From the NCBI GenBank assembly GCA_964016885.1, contig OZ024740.1, positions 25,420,001 through 25,484,000 of the forward strand: DNA of 64,000 nucleotides, given 5' to 3'. Below, one piece after another: positions 13,621-28,529 of the stretch (positions are counted from its first letter, which is position 1; each line of letters opens with the position of its first letter). The notes under the pieces were generated by a model. It was given only the letters and a program-made list of their open reading frames with translations, had not been told where the DNA came from and searched no databases. The position numbers and the translations under genes were made by a program. The stretch comes from Eledone cirrhosa (lineage: Eukaryota).

Positions 13621-13756
13621 GGTTGTGCAAGTAAATGGTAGTATTTACGTCTTTCCTTATCTGGTGGTAGGAGAGGCTGGGGATTGTGATGGGTCCCCAC
13701 CCTCTCCTACCACCAGATAAGGAAAGACGTAAATACTACCTTTTACTTGGACAGCC

Positions 13757-13807
13757 AGCTTCCTGATGATTTCTCACGAATGAAACAGTTCTAGTCCTGT
13801 AGAAGCT
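13757..13807 (+). ncRNA. Type I hammerhead ribozyme (inverted twin of 13570-13620)
   Basis: AGCTTC-CTGATGA-TTTCTCACGAAT-GAAA-CAG-TTCTAGTC-CTG-TA-GAAGCT; 6-bp stem I and intact core. Confidence 0.88.
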
Positions 13808-13853
13808 CTTCTAGCTCTTCTATATTATAATTATATATATATATATGTGTGTG

Positions 13854-13976
<123 letters not shown>

Positions 13977-14552
13977 CTATGAATGCCTGTCTATGTATAT
14001 CTATATATGTCTATATATGTTTATGTATGTCTATATATGTCTATATCTCTCTGTATATATGTCTATATCTGTCTATGTATATGTGTATTTACTGCTTACG
14101 TAGATTCTACAATGATAATTCTTTCCAATAGCGGCTGTCATGTATATTATTGTATCATTTTGTTTTCAAATTGTCTATTGCTATTGTCACCTTATCCAAT
14201 ATGTCCCATTTTAAGGACGGAGATGGGGTGATCGGGAGATGTGCCTGCTATTTCTAGCAATTTACCTGTTATATTTTCCCCATAAGTTTAATCTATGTAT
14301 GTGTGATCCTGTGTGAGTGTGTTTTATATGTGTGTGCTATGTATGTAACACGTATGGTTTTTTATAAGCACTTAACAAAAACTAAAATCGTCACATTTCA
14401 CATTTTTAATTCTACTTGGGTGTAAATTGATAGATTAAATAATATATTTCTATTGCAAGCATCTTCCAGACATGGGTAATTTTTATTAATTTTATTCCGA
14501 CTTCCTGTACCAGGGAGCACATTATCTAGTATGTCATATATATATATATATA

Positions 14553-14636
<84 letters not shown>

Positions 14637-14779
14637 ACAATTGAGTATTATTGCAGATGCATTTAGCTGCTATATTTAGCAGTGTGTGTGACCGCATATA
14701 ATTTAGGATACTATACTATGCAAGAACTGTATGTAATAACATATTATTACGATGTATGCACTAGAGACACACACACAAC

Positions 14780-14815
<36 letters not shown>

Positions 14816-14818
<3 letters not shown>

Positions 14819-15645
14819 CGAACGAAATGTGGTAAGGAACCAGATCGACCATAACGTACCAAAGTACTCAATACTTAGGGTAGTAGAGTGGGTAATAGGA
14901 ACAAGTATGACCCCGACGGAAGAGCTCAAGCCGTTTAGACGGCTAATTCTGGACCAAATAAGAATTTTTAGCCTGGTAAATAAATAGCCGAACTTCTCAG
15001 GGGGTAATTCCATATATGGGAAGATAGTAATTGTAAAAAGGATTGGTCAAAAGTTTGTTGTAAAGACAGATGATTCTATCATGGCATTTAGTGGGAGGTA
15101 GGGGCAGCTGAACTTGCCGGAAGAAGAAAGAGGGGTGGGGAAACCCAGTCAATCGCTGAAAGTGAATTCTATACACCAGATTCTAAGGATAGTATATAGA
15201 AGGTCCAAAAAAGTGTACAGGAGAAGAGGAGGGGATAAGTTGAAAGAATAGGTAAATTAAAAAGGAGTAAACAAAAAAGCCATTATAAAAATGAGGAAAT
15301 AAATATATAAAAAAACAATTTATGGCCATAACTCCATCCCCACAATCACTAAATGTCTCAATGGTATTGCTAAGCTATAGAAAAGTTTAATAGGTGGAGA
15401 AAAATACTAAGTACGAGATTGTAGTGAAAGCATTTTATAAAGCCAGCTTTACAGGGGGGTCTAACACCACTGCTATAGTTAGTAGTAATCAGCCAATGCT
15501 GTCTTACAAATACGAACTATTAATTCAGAATACTAATACATAAATACATTTCTGTGATTTCTAGAGTTCTTAATGATATTTTTGCATTAGTATTCTTGTA
15601 TTAGTATTTATGTATTAGTATTCTGAATTAATATTTCATATTAGT

Positions 15646-15650
<5 letters not shown>
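14816..15650 (-). mobile_element. Longest copy of HHR family A, with a full but mutated hammerhead at about 14909-15006
   Basis: Minus strand ACCCC-CTGAGAA-GTTCGGCTA...TAGCCGTC-TAAA-CGG...CCG-TC-GGGGT; other copies have GAAA in place of TAAA. The right boundary is approximate. Confidence 0.65.
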
Positions 15651-15712
<62 letters not shown>

Positions 15713-15715
15713 TAT

Positions 15716-15779
<64 letters not shown>

Positions 15780-15784
<5 letters not shown>

Positions 15785-15973
15785 AACCAGTAAGACCCCG
15801 ACAGCTGAGCTCAAGCCGTTTCGACGGCTAATTTCGACGGCTGAATTAGCCGTCGAAACGGCTTGAGCTCAGCTGTCGGGGTTTTACTGGTTCCTATTAC
15901 CCACTCTACTACCTCAAGTATTGAGTACTTTGGTGCGTTATGGTCCACCTGGTTCCTTACCACATTTCCTTCG

Positions 15974-15977
<4 letters not shown>
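15780..15977 (+). mobile_element. Family A copy with 5' fold-back arm
   Basis: GTCGAAACGGCTTGAGCTCAGCTGTCGGGG...CCTTCGTT followed by (AT)n; inverted arm 15781-15830. Confidence 0.8.
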
Positions 15978-16052
<75 letters not shown>

Positions 16053-16083
16053 TACATATATATACATATATATACATATATAC

Positions 16084-16114
<31 letters not shown>

Positions 16115-16131
16115 CATATATATCTATATAC

Positions 16132-16814
<683 letters not shown>

Positions 16815-17566
16815 GTGTTGGTGTTTTGGTGTAAAGTTAAAGAGTGCATGGCCAATTGAGGTGAAATAATTGTACCGTATTGTTATGTGATGCGAGTGGG
16901 ATTTTTTTCCTGGGCGGATAGCACGGGGCCCAAGTCTTGGGTGTACACTAATGATGATGCCAACATCATTTGGGCTAAGCTGATGGAATATTTTCCACAT
17001 CATACAGATAATGTAGCGCTCACGGCGACGTTGAAGAGAATAAAGTTTGAGCTTTTCTAATCGACCCCAATAATCAAGTCCTGTCATGCCAACTATCTTT
17101 TTTTGTAATTGACCTTTGGGGTGCTTCAACTTTCATGACACTTTGTTTCGTGTGGGGTGACCACAGTGGACAACAGTATTCAAGGTGGGGGTCGGACAAA
17201 TGTAGAGAAAAGACGGACAACGGTGTGGATATCTCTCGACAGGAAAGTTCTGAGAATCCAGGAACACATTCTGCGGGCCATATCAACTTTGCTGTTTATA
17301 TGAGTAGCCCAGCTTATATTGTTGTCCACAATTACACCCAGGTCTCTGATGTTATTGGAAGCCACCAGAGTTTCACCCGAAGGAAGAGAGTATGGTAGTT
17401 TCAGAGCATTATTTTTTCCAAAGAGGATTAGTTCAAATTTATCCTCATTCAACAGCATATTATTCATCTCTGCCCATTGGATAACATCCAGTAGGGCTGA
17501 CTGAAGGCATGTTCGGTCACACACCTCATTGATGACCCTTTGGAGCTTGGAATCATCTGCGAGGAT
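16815..17566 (-). mobile_element. CR1/L2-group LINE ORF2 C-terminal fragment, 5'-truncated and frameshifted
   Basis: Across three frames: LADDSKL, IRDLGVIVD, FVRP/HLEYCCPLWSPH, RLEKLKLYSLQRRRER. Confidence 0.88.
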
Positions 17567-17593
17567 GTATATATATATATATATGTATATATA

Positions 17594-17752
17594 CATGGAC
17601 ACACTAGAAGAGGAAGACCAAGGTTAACATATGTTGATGCCCTAAGGACAGACACTGGTCTGTTGGAGATGCAGGATATGGCAGCGATAATGAGGGACAG
17701 AGACCGCTGGAGAGAGCTCGTCCATGGATCTCGGGAATTTTACCCGCCTTAG
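17594..17752 (+). mobile_element. RTE-like LINE extreme 3' fragment
   Basis: [22 protein letters not shown]...[11 protein letters not shown] resembles the RTE C-terminal RxRGRP...W...DR..W pattern. Confidence 0.65.
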
Positions 17753-17773
17753 ATATATATATATATATATATA

Positions 17774-17853
17774 TAACGGAGGAAATGTGGTAAGGAACCA
17801 GGTGGACCATAACGCACCAAAGTACTCAATACTTAGGGTAGTAGAGTGGGTAA
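17774..17853 (-). mobile_element. Family A short truncated copy
   Basis: TAACGGAGGAAATGTGGTAAGGAACCAGG...GGGTAAT between (TA)n tracts. Confidence 0.8.
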
Positions 17854-17860
17854 TATATAG

Positions 17861-18082
<222 letters not shown>

Positions 18083-18089
18083 TTATATA

Positions 18090-19142
18090 TTCACAATAAT
18101 AAACTTAGCACTAGAACTAGAAATACCTTAGCATATAGCCAGATTCGCCGGAATTTTAGCAGTAACACCACCTATACAGGGAACTTTAATGGTGGCAGCG
18201 GCCTGCTCCCCACACCAAGTAGCAAACTAAAAATCAACCCTAGAATAGGAATGAGAAATGGGATGACAAATAACAAATCCCCACGTAATAATAACCCTAG
18301 GAAGGCCCCTACCAACTCCATTAGAAACCCTAGAAGGAATAGACTCAGAAGTATCACCTGTCTTAACCCCCCCCCATTCTCATCTAATCTAGCCATTAAT
18401 ATCCCCAAACGCTTCTTCTCTATCCTATCTAAACACTTACCCCCAACCATAGATATTACAAACTCTTTAATAAAAATAACATTAAAATCTCATTCTCCAC
18501 AACACCTAACCTAGCTAGCCACATCGCGTTCAGTAACCATCATAAGCTAAGACAGTATAACTCCCACACCGCAGTCCCACTACCCATATCAAATACACCA
18601 CGACACTACACCAATATTTACTCTAGTACACACCTCCCCCATGTATTCCTTCTAGCACGGGCCTACCGCTTAGTTTAAACAACCTTATTCTCACTAACCG
18701 CAGAAGCAACTGCAACTGCCGTTGCCACAATGCATGCCCATTAAATGGACACTGCCTGGCACCGAACATAGTCTATAGATGCACGGTTAAGACTGCTTCG
18801 AATACCAGCTTTTATATCGGATCTACCTCTAACCCTTTTAAGGTACGCTATAACGCGCACCCTTTTTCCTTCCGAGACCCTAGCAACAGATGTTCGACAT
18901 CGCTAGCTAGGCTCATTAAAAACCTTAAATTAAACAACGTTCAACACTCACTAAAATGGGATATCGTGGTTAAGGCCCAACCGTTCAATGGACGAAGAAG
19001 ATTTTGTGATCTCTGTATTACGGAAGCATATTACATAACTCTATCACGACCTCTACCGATTACCGATAGAACGGAGGTAACTATTAGCTGTCAACATCGA
19101 AGGGCTAATTCCTTCGCCAATAGAATTTTTGACCCAACTTAG
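18090..19142 (+). pseudogene. Penelope-like element C-terminus (RT thumb/linker plus GIY-YIG endonuclease), two frameshifts
   Basis: LNPPPFSSNLAINIPKRFFSILSKH / HRYYKLFNKNNIKISFSTTPNL / CNCRCHNACPLNGHCLAPNIVYRCTV...FYIGSTSNPFKVRYNAH...KWDIV...CDLCITEAYYI...CQH, TAG at 19140-19142. The last frame is not in the ORF track and was translated by hand. Confidence 0.88.
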
Positions 19143-19525
19143 ACATGTAGCCCCATTTTTACTTGTAGCTATTAAGTTAAATTGCTATGAACAACTCGAT
19201 AATTATAAGGGACCTACCCAACATTGACTCTCAATTGAAAAAAAATAAATAAATAAAAATTAGCACTTAACTATAAACACCCACAATTTCTAATCTCTCG
19301 AGAAGTTACTTCCCCTGAAACCACCTCTAATTAGTAAGGTAAATATGCCCTTTGGCAGCCATCTTGTTACCCATAGGCAGATCTCACACAATGCTGCCTC
19401 GACAGATGAATACTGCTTGATTATGGCTGACAACTGATGCAACCAAGACACCATAGTAAAAACCAACATATGGAACATTATATTATGTAACATTATCTCA
19501 TTATATTAATTTATATTCCTTTGAA

Positions 19526-19645
19526 GTTCCGATGATCCGCTCTGTCTTTTAAATATATTAATTATTTTCAACTGAACCAGTTCAACTATGATATATAGTC
19601 ATCTGATCCAGAAATATCATATGGAGTAGCGAAACAATTGTAAAC
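19526..19645 (+). ncRNA. Degenerate hammerhead in the 3' region of the Penelope-like element
   Basis: GTT-CCGATGA...long imperfect stem II...GAAA-CAATTG-TA-AAC; U4C core change. Confidence 0.5.
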
Positions 19646-19675
19646 GGACATTATTATTATTAATATTATTAGTAA

Positions 19676-19885
19676 GCGGTGTATTGGCAGTATCGGTAGA
19701 GGGTCGGATGCCATGCTTTCCAGCATAGTTACGTACCTTAACGATCTGAGTTCAAATCTCGCCGAGGTTGACTTTGCCTTTCATCCTTACGGGGTCGATA
19801 AAATAAAGTACCAGTAATGCACTGGGTAATTGCTGGCCTTGTGCCAAATGTAGAAACAATTATTATTAATATTATTATTATTATT
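19676..19885 (+). mobile_element. tRNA-derived SINE (octopus-type)
   Basis: A-box-like TGGCAGTATCGG, B-box-like GAGTTCAAATC, body GACTTTGCCTTTCATCC...GGGGTCGATAAA, (TTA)n tail; five more copies in the window. Confidence 0.85.
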
Positions 19886-19979
19886 CTCTACATTCCTCAC
19901 ATCAAACTAAAATATGTTGACAATCATTTAATAATGTCTTCTTTGTGAAATTTGTGGTCATGTTTTGCTTAACTAATGA

Positions 19980-20800
<821 letters not shown>

Positions 20801-20815
20801 TAAACAAATTCAGAA

Positions 20816-20920
<105 letters not shown>

Positions 20921-21214
20921 TTACGATTAATATGCTAGGTAAGAACTGCAAGTAGTAAATATCATTACACCTATTATACTATGAAAGGAATGTATCTAAA
21001 AACTAAGGATTGCGATTTCTATACTAATAGGGGCCGCAGGAAATAATGCGCTTTTACAATTATTACACATGTAAAGAATACATGTAATAATCCAATATTT
21101 AGATTATTATACTTTAGTAATAACTTTAACATTCACTTATATATAGATGTGCTGCAAAGTGTTCACAAAATGTTTGAGGATATACAGACAGAAATAAACA
21201 CAAATGTGGGAGCG

Positions 21215-21403
21215 ATAATTGTTTCTACATTTGGCACAATGCCAGCAATTATCCCAGTGCATTACTGGTACTTTATTTTATCGACTCGGTAAGGATGAAA
21301 GGCAAAGTTAACCTCGACAGGATTTGAACTCAGAATGTAAAGATCCGGAACAATGGTAGAAAGCATGGCGTCTAAACCTTCACCGATACTGCAATTCCAC
21401 CGC
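21215..21403 (-). mobile_element. tRNA-derived SINE whose head runs into the 45-bp array
   Basis: Reverse complement of the 19676 SINE. Confidence 0.85.
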
Positions 21404-24400
21404 ACTAGATTGTGGTCCAACCCTCTACCTATACTGCCAATCAACCATCCACGGGGTCAGACCCTCTACCTATACTACCAATCCACCGCCCTAACATGGT
21501 GTCAGACCCTCTACCAATACTGCCAATCCACCGCACTAACATAGTGTCAGACCTTCTACCAATACTGCCAATCCACCGCCCTAACATGGTGTCAGACCTT
21601 CTACCAATACTGCCAATCTACCGCCCTAACATGGTGTCAGACCTTCTACCAATACTGCCAATCCACCGCCCTAACATGGTGTCATACCATCTACCAATAC
21701 TGCCAATCCACCGCCCTAACATGGTGTCAGGCCCTCTACCAATACTGCCAATCCACCGCCCTAACATTGTGTCAGGCCCTCTATCAATACTGCCAATCCA
21801 CCGCCCTAACATGGTGTCAGACCTTCTACCAATACTACAAATCCACCACCCTAACATGGTGTCAGACCCTCTACCAATACTGCCAATCCACCACCCTAAC
21901 ATGGTGTCATACCCTCCACCAATACTGCCAATCCACCGCCCTAACATGGTGACAGACCCTCTACCTATACTGCCAATCCACCACCCTAACATGATGTCAG
22001 GCTCTCTACCAATACTGCCAATCCACCGCCCTAACATGGTGACAGACCCTCTACTAATACTGCCAATCCAACACCCTAACGTGGTGCCATACCCTGCACC
22101 AATACTGCCAATCCACCGCCCTAACATGGTGTCAGACCTTCTACCAATACTGCCAATCCATCACCCTAACATGGTGTCAGACCTTCTACCAATACTGCCA
22201 ATCCACCGCCCTAACATGGTGTCAGACCATCTACCAATACTGCCAATCCACCAACCTAACATGGTGTCAGACCTTCTACCAATACTGCCAATCCACCACC
22301 CTAACATGGTGTCAGACCTTCTACCAATACTACCATTCCACCGCCCTACATGGTGTCATACCCTCTACCAATACTGCCAATCCACCGCCATAACATGGTG
22401 TCAGAGCCTCTACCAATACTACCAATCCACCAATCTAACATGGTGTCAGACCCTCTACCAATACTGCCAATCCACCACCCTAACATGGTGTCAGACCCTC
22501 TACCAATACTGCCAATCCACCACCCTAACATGGTGTCAGACCCTCTACCAATACTGCCAATCCACCGCCATAACATGGTGTCAGAGCCTCTAGGAATACT
22601 GCCAATCCACCACCCTTACATGGTGTCAGACCCTCTACCAATACTGCCAATCCAACGCCATAACATGGTGTCAGAGCCTCTACCAATACTGCCAATCCAC
22701 CACCCTAACATGGTGTCAGACCCTCTACCAATACTGCCAATCCACCGCCATAACATGGTGTCAGAGCCTCTAGGAATACTGCCAATCCACCACCCTACCA
22801 TGGTGTCAGACCCTCTACCTATACTACCAATCCACCACCCTAACATGGTGTCAGACCTTCTACCAATACTACCAATTCACCGCCATAACATGGTGTCAGA
22901 CCCTCTACGAATACTGCCAATCCACCACCCTAGCATGGTGTCAGACCCACTATCAATACTGCCAATCCACCGCACTACCATGGTGTCAGACCCTCTACCT
23001 ATACTACCAATACACCACCCTAACATGGTGTCAGAGCCTCTACGAATACTGCCAATCCACCACCCTAACATGGTGTCAGACGCTCTACCAATACTGCCAA
23101 TCCACCACCCTAACATGGTGTCGGACCCTCTACCAATACTACCAATCCATCACCCTACCATGGTGTCAGACCCTCTATCTATACTACCTATCCACCACCC
23201 TAACATGGTGTCAGACCCTCTACCAATACTTCCAATCCACCACCCTAATATGGTGTCAGACCCTCTACCAATACTGCCAATCCACCACCCTAACATGGTG
23301 TCAGACCCTCTACCAATACTGCCAATCCACCACCCTAATATGGTGTCAGACCCTCTACCAATACTGCCAATCCACCACCCTAACATGGTGTCAGACCCTC
23401 TACCTATACTACCAATCCACCACCCTAGCATGGTGTCAGGCCCTCTACCTATACTACCAATCCACCACCCTACCATGGTGTCAGACCCTCTACCTATACT
23501 ACCAATCCACCACCCTACCATGGTGTCAGATCCCTACCTATACTACCAATCCACCACCCTACCATGGTGTCAGATCCCTACCTATACTACCAATCCACCA
23601 CCCTACCATGGTGTCAGATCCCTACCTATACTACCAATCCACCACCCTACCATGGTGTCAGACCCTCTACCTATACTACCAATCCACCACCCTAACATAG
23701 TGTCAGACCTTCTACCAATACTACCAATTCAGCACCCTAACATGGTGTCAAACCCTCTACCTATACTACCAATCCACCACCCTACCATGGTGTCAGACCC
23801 TCTACCTATACTACCAATCCACCACCCTACCATGATGTCAGATTCCAACCTATACTACCAATCCACCACCCTACCATGGTGTCAGACCCTCTACCTATAC
23901 TACCAATCCAACACCCTAGCATGGTGTCAGACCCTCTACCTATACTACCAATCCGCCAGCCTACCATGGTGTCAGACCCTCTACCTATACTACCAATCCA
24001 CCACCCTACCATGGTGTCAGACCCTCTACCTATACTACCAATCGACCACCCTACCATGGTGTCAGACCCTCTACCTATACTACCAATTCAGCACCCTAAC
24101 GTGGTGTCAAACCCTCTACCTATACTACCAATCCACCACCCTACCATGGTGTCAGACGCTCTACCTATACTACCAATCCACCACCCTACCGTGGTGTCAG
24201 ACCCTCTACCTATACTACCAATCCACCACCCTAACATGGTGTCAGAGCCTCTACCAATACTACCAATCCACCACCCTAACATGGTGTCAGACCCCTACCT
24301 ATACTACCAATCCACCACCCTACCATGTGTCAGACCCTCTACCTATACTACCAATGCACCACCCTACCATGGTGTCAGAGCCTCTACCAATACTACCAAT

Positions 24401-25488
24401 CCACCACCCTAACATGGTGTCAGACCCCTACCTATACTACCAATCCACTACCCTACCATGGTGTCAGACCCTCTACCAATACTACCAATCCACCACCCTA
24501 GCATGGTGTCAGACCCTCTACCAATACTGCCAATCCACCACCCTAGCATGGTGTCAGACCCCCTACCTATACTACCAATCCACCACCCTAACATGGCGTC
24601 AGACACTCTACCTATACTACCAATCCACCACCCTTACATGGTGTCAGACCCTCTACATATACTACCAATCCACCACCCTAACATAGTGTCAGACCTTCTA
24701 CCAATACTGCCAATGCACCACCCTAACATGGTGTCAGACCTTCTACCAATACTACCAATCCACCACCCTAACATGGCGTCAGACACTCTACCTATACTAC
24801 CAATCCACCACCCTTACATGGTGTCAGACCCTCTACATATACTACCAATCCACCACCCTAACATAGTGTCAGACCTTCTACCAATACTGCCAATGCACCA
24901 CCCTAACATGGTGTCAGACCTTCTACCAATACTACCAATCCACCACCCTAACATGGCGTCAGACACTCTACCTATACTACCAATCCACCACCCTTACATG
25001 GTGTCAGACCCTCTACATATACTACCAATCCACCACCCTAACATAGTGTCAGACCTTCTACCAATACTGCCAATCCACCACCCTAACATGGTGTCAGACC
25101 TTCTACCAATACTACCAATACACCACCCTACCATGGTGTCAGACGCTCTACCAATACTACCAATCCACTACCCTAACATGGTGTCAAACACTGTACCAAT
25201 ACTACCAATCCACCACACTTCCATGGTGTCAGACCCTCTACCAATACCACCAATCCACCACCCTAACATGGTGTCAGACCCTCTACCAATACTATCAATC
25301 CACCACCCTAACATGGTGTCAGACCCTCTACCAATACTACCAATCCACCACCCTTCCATGGTGTCAGACCCTCTACCAATACTACCAATCCACCACCCTA
25401 GCATGGCGTCAGACCTTCTACCAATACTGCCAATCCACCGCCCTAACAAGTTGTCAGACGCTGTACCAATACTGCCAATCCACCGGCC
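21404..25488. repeat. 45-bp minisatellite, about 90 units, consensus TAACATGGTGTCAGACCCTCTACCAATACTGCCAATCCACC(A/G)CCC
   Basis: 45-nt period; the 15-aa repeat ORFs (MVSDPLPILPIHHPN) shift frame repeatedly. Confidence 0.97.
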
Positions 25489-25943
25489 TTGCGACCAATG
25501 ATGTCAAATAGCGTATGGAATCATGTAAATTCTGTAAACACATACACATACACAGACACATACACACACACATATATGTATATATGTGTGGCTGTGTGTG
25601 TGTAGAATAAAATGTTGTGACCCAGTGTTAAGTGTGTTTAGCTCACTTACGTACGTGAGGAGGTGGAATCATTTCTGGAACCAGGAGCTCTCTTGCGTTT
25701 TTAAGTAAGACAACATTTCCCGTTGCTTCAGTCTACTGAAATAAAAACATTGCCAGTTGCATCTGGAGGTTTATTTTGGAGGAGATAAGTATTCCATCTT
25801 GATGTAAGCCTTGTAATCCCAATCAGATTACATCTTGGCTCGTCTCTGGGCTAGGAACTTACTTTAAATTATATATATTTATAAATATAAAGCAATACAT
25901 TTAGATAAAATAATTTAGATAAAAACCTATAAGGTCAATCTGT

Positions 25944-26090
25944 GAAGGCGTATGGCTTAGTGGTTAGAGCATTAGGCTTGCAATCGAAAGGTTGTGACTT
26001 CAATTCTCGGACCAGGTGATGTGTTGTTTCCTTGAGCAAGACACTTTATTTCACGTTGCTCCAGTTTACTCAGCTGTAGAAATGAGATGA
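25944..26090 (+). mobile_element. Second tRNA-derived SINE family with a CORE-like segment
   Basis: A-box TGGCTTAGTGG, degenerate B-box GACTTCAATTC, then CCTTGAGCAAGACACTT; a decayed minus-strand relative lies at about 42850-43035. Confidence 0.7.
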
Positions 26091-27936
26091 TAGGACTGGG
26101 ATGCCTACCATTAAACTCCCAAGACACCTTCAACGAGATATGTCTTGGAGGAGTCCAGCTAAACATGCATAGATGCGAGCTACAACAGCAACAACATAAG
26201 GTCAACGAATCTGAACATACTTGAGAAATCCTATCTCAACGTGTGCTGTTTCGGGGCTTCTTATTTCGCTCCTATCATTTGAATCTAAGAATCAAGAAAG
26301 GAGCTATTTGAGTCGGCTAGAATCTTGCCAAGTATACTTTACAGGTTCATGGATTGCTTTTTAGAAGCAGTATATTATTTAACAGTAGTATTTAATTGTT
26401 TATTAAGGATATTGGATCCTCTGCCCAATCAACCGGCCATTCTTCCAATGCTCCATCTAGAAGTCCATGTGATCCATCAACTCTTTGTCAACTAATTTAA
26501 GAACTGCGAATTCCACGCCGTCCTACGGAATGATTATCATTTTTTCAGAATGATAAGTTGCTGTTTCTCGGTTCTTTTCCTCGCTCTCCTTGCATCTCGG
26601 AATATGATACATCTGAAACTGCAATTTGTATTGTTCTTTATGTTGTAGCCACATCTGCTGTTGTTCAACGATTTATTTCGTACTCGTTATTCTTTTTTCC
26701 AGCTAATCTGTTACGAAAGCCGTCAAATGTCTATTACAGGCTGGTACACGTAGAACGAATGAACTTTCTGGCTTAAAGAGCAATCCAATTGCTTTCGCTG
26801 CCGGCCACAGAATAGTGTACAAATACGACATAATTTTGTGGCCTTCGACTATAAAGTCCTTTTCAAGTCTCCCTAAACTACTAAATCTTATTTTGCGTCA
26901 CATCGCTACCCCCTATCTCTCCATACTCTACTGCAAGAATCATGATGAGCCAAGGATTATCGTCACACCTTATATCAGCTTATATCATTCCATGACCCAT
27001 ACATTGGGTCATAAGCCAGCAACCCTGCCAGTCGCGAGCATCATTTGGTTTCAAAACTAGGCCCATAGGTTCATATTCATCGATCCTGTTGATGGAAAAT
27101 ACCCCTGGTAGAACAAATGGAAGAGCTACACCATTTTGACGAGAGAGAGCTAAATTAATTTTCTTGTCTGTTCTAATCGTTAGACAAAGTTACAATGTCC
27201 CCAGTAACACATTCCCCCCTGTAATTTTCCTGGAACTGACCTAAATAAAGTACTTCACTCTGATTAGGGAGGCCAGCAAAAACTAATGATATTGCAATTA
27301 ATTTTATATTTTTAAAAAATCGATTTTTTTAACTTTCAAATTTGTATTCTGTCTGCGGTGTCTGCTTGTTCAAATGCATTGATTGTTTCAAATTTGTTAT
27401 TGTTATCGAAAACGTGAAATTTATATAGTAAAACTTACCGCCATTCCTGAAGACGTAATGTTGATTAACACAGTTATTCTACTCCATATTATAGGGGATA
27501 CCTCCCCGAATCCTAGACGTCAGCTGTTTATAAAATACCTCCAAATCACCGAAAAAAAAAAATAATAATCAATATTTTCATAAAATATATAATTTGGGAT
27601 CAAATATACCGTGGAGTGATTTGTTGTAGATGAAGTATCCGATAATTTGAGACCTGAGTACTTCACTGGTAACTACTTTATAGACAAGGCAGGATTTGAA
27701 CATACCTTATAAAGGATGGCAATAAACACTTGAGGGATTCTGTCTCATCTCGAAGGGTTCTACCATCAACCAATTATAATATACATGTATATATTACACA
27801 CTTCTATACTGCTTCTTTCTATGAAATTCACATATTATTAGTTAACTCACATCTATAGTAGAATACACCTTCACGAAGATTCAGGCAGTAGGTGTGAACA
27901 CGAAAGCGCGTCTTAGCGACGCGAACATACAGCACC

Positions 27937-28026
<90 letters not shown>

Positions 28027-28103
28027 ATGTATTGATGAAGCTAGTCGTCACGGCTGAAAAATGCTGGTAATAAAACTGTTGAATTAAAGATGTTTGTGGT
28101 TAA

Positions 28104-28529
28104 ATAACTGTTTCTATATTTGGCAAAAGGCCACCAATTTCAAGTGGAGAAGGCAGTCGATGAGATTGAAGCCCGTACACGTTAGTACGTTATTTTATCG
28201 AACCCATAAAAATTTACAACTAAGCTAACCTCGGCGATATTTGAAAACAGATCGTGAAGGCCCGTAACTCTATGCTGCAAAGTATGTTATCCTACTCTCT
28301 ACTGATACTGCCAACCCACATCCTTTTGTTAAATAATAATTGTTTCTACATTTGGCACAAGGCCAGCAATTACCCCAGTGTATTACTGGTACTTTATTTT
28401 ATCGAGCCCGTAAGGATGAAAGGTAAAGTTAACGTCAGCGAGATTTGAACTCAGACCATAAAAGGCCGTAACTCTATGCGTCAAAGCATGACGTCCGACC
28501 CTCTACCGATACTGCCAATCCACCGCCCT
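28104..28529 (-). mobile_element. Two head-to-tail SINE copies
   Basis: 28104-28322 and 28335-28529 both match the 19676 SINE in reverse. Confidence 0.82.

Larger units (their letters stand above)
13488..13830. mobile_element. HHR-bearing fold-back element (family B); inverted arms 13564-13682 and 13695-13813
   Basis: About 115-bp near-perfect inverted repeat; left end GTTATTCCGGG is shared with the 40303 copy. Confidence 0.8.

Noticed and set aside
21404-25488. CRISPR-like regular array
   Set aside because: No unique spacers, no cas genes, eukaryotic repeat context.
21412-25501. Pro/His-rich repetitive protein (MVSDPLPILPIHHPN)n
   Set aside because: The unit derives from a SINE head and frameshifts are frequent, so it is not a structural protein gene.
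25944-26020. Possible tRNA gene
   Set aside because: No closing acceptor stem, degenerate B-box, and it continues into a SINE body.
26390-27600. Higher-complexity stretch, possibly an old LINE or DNA transposon
   Set aside because: No motif I could recognise in any frame; needs a repeat-library search.
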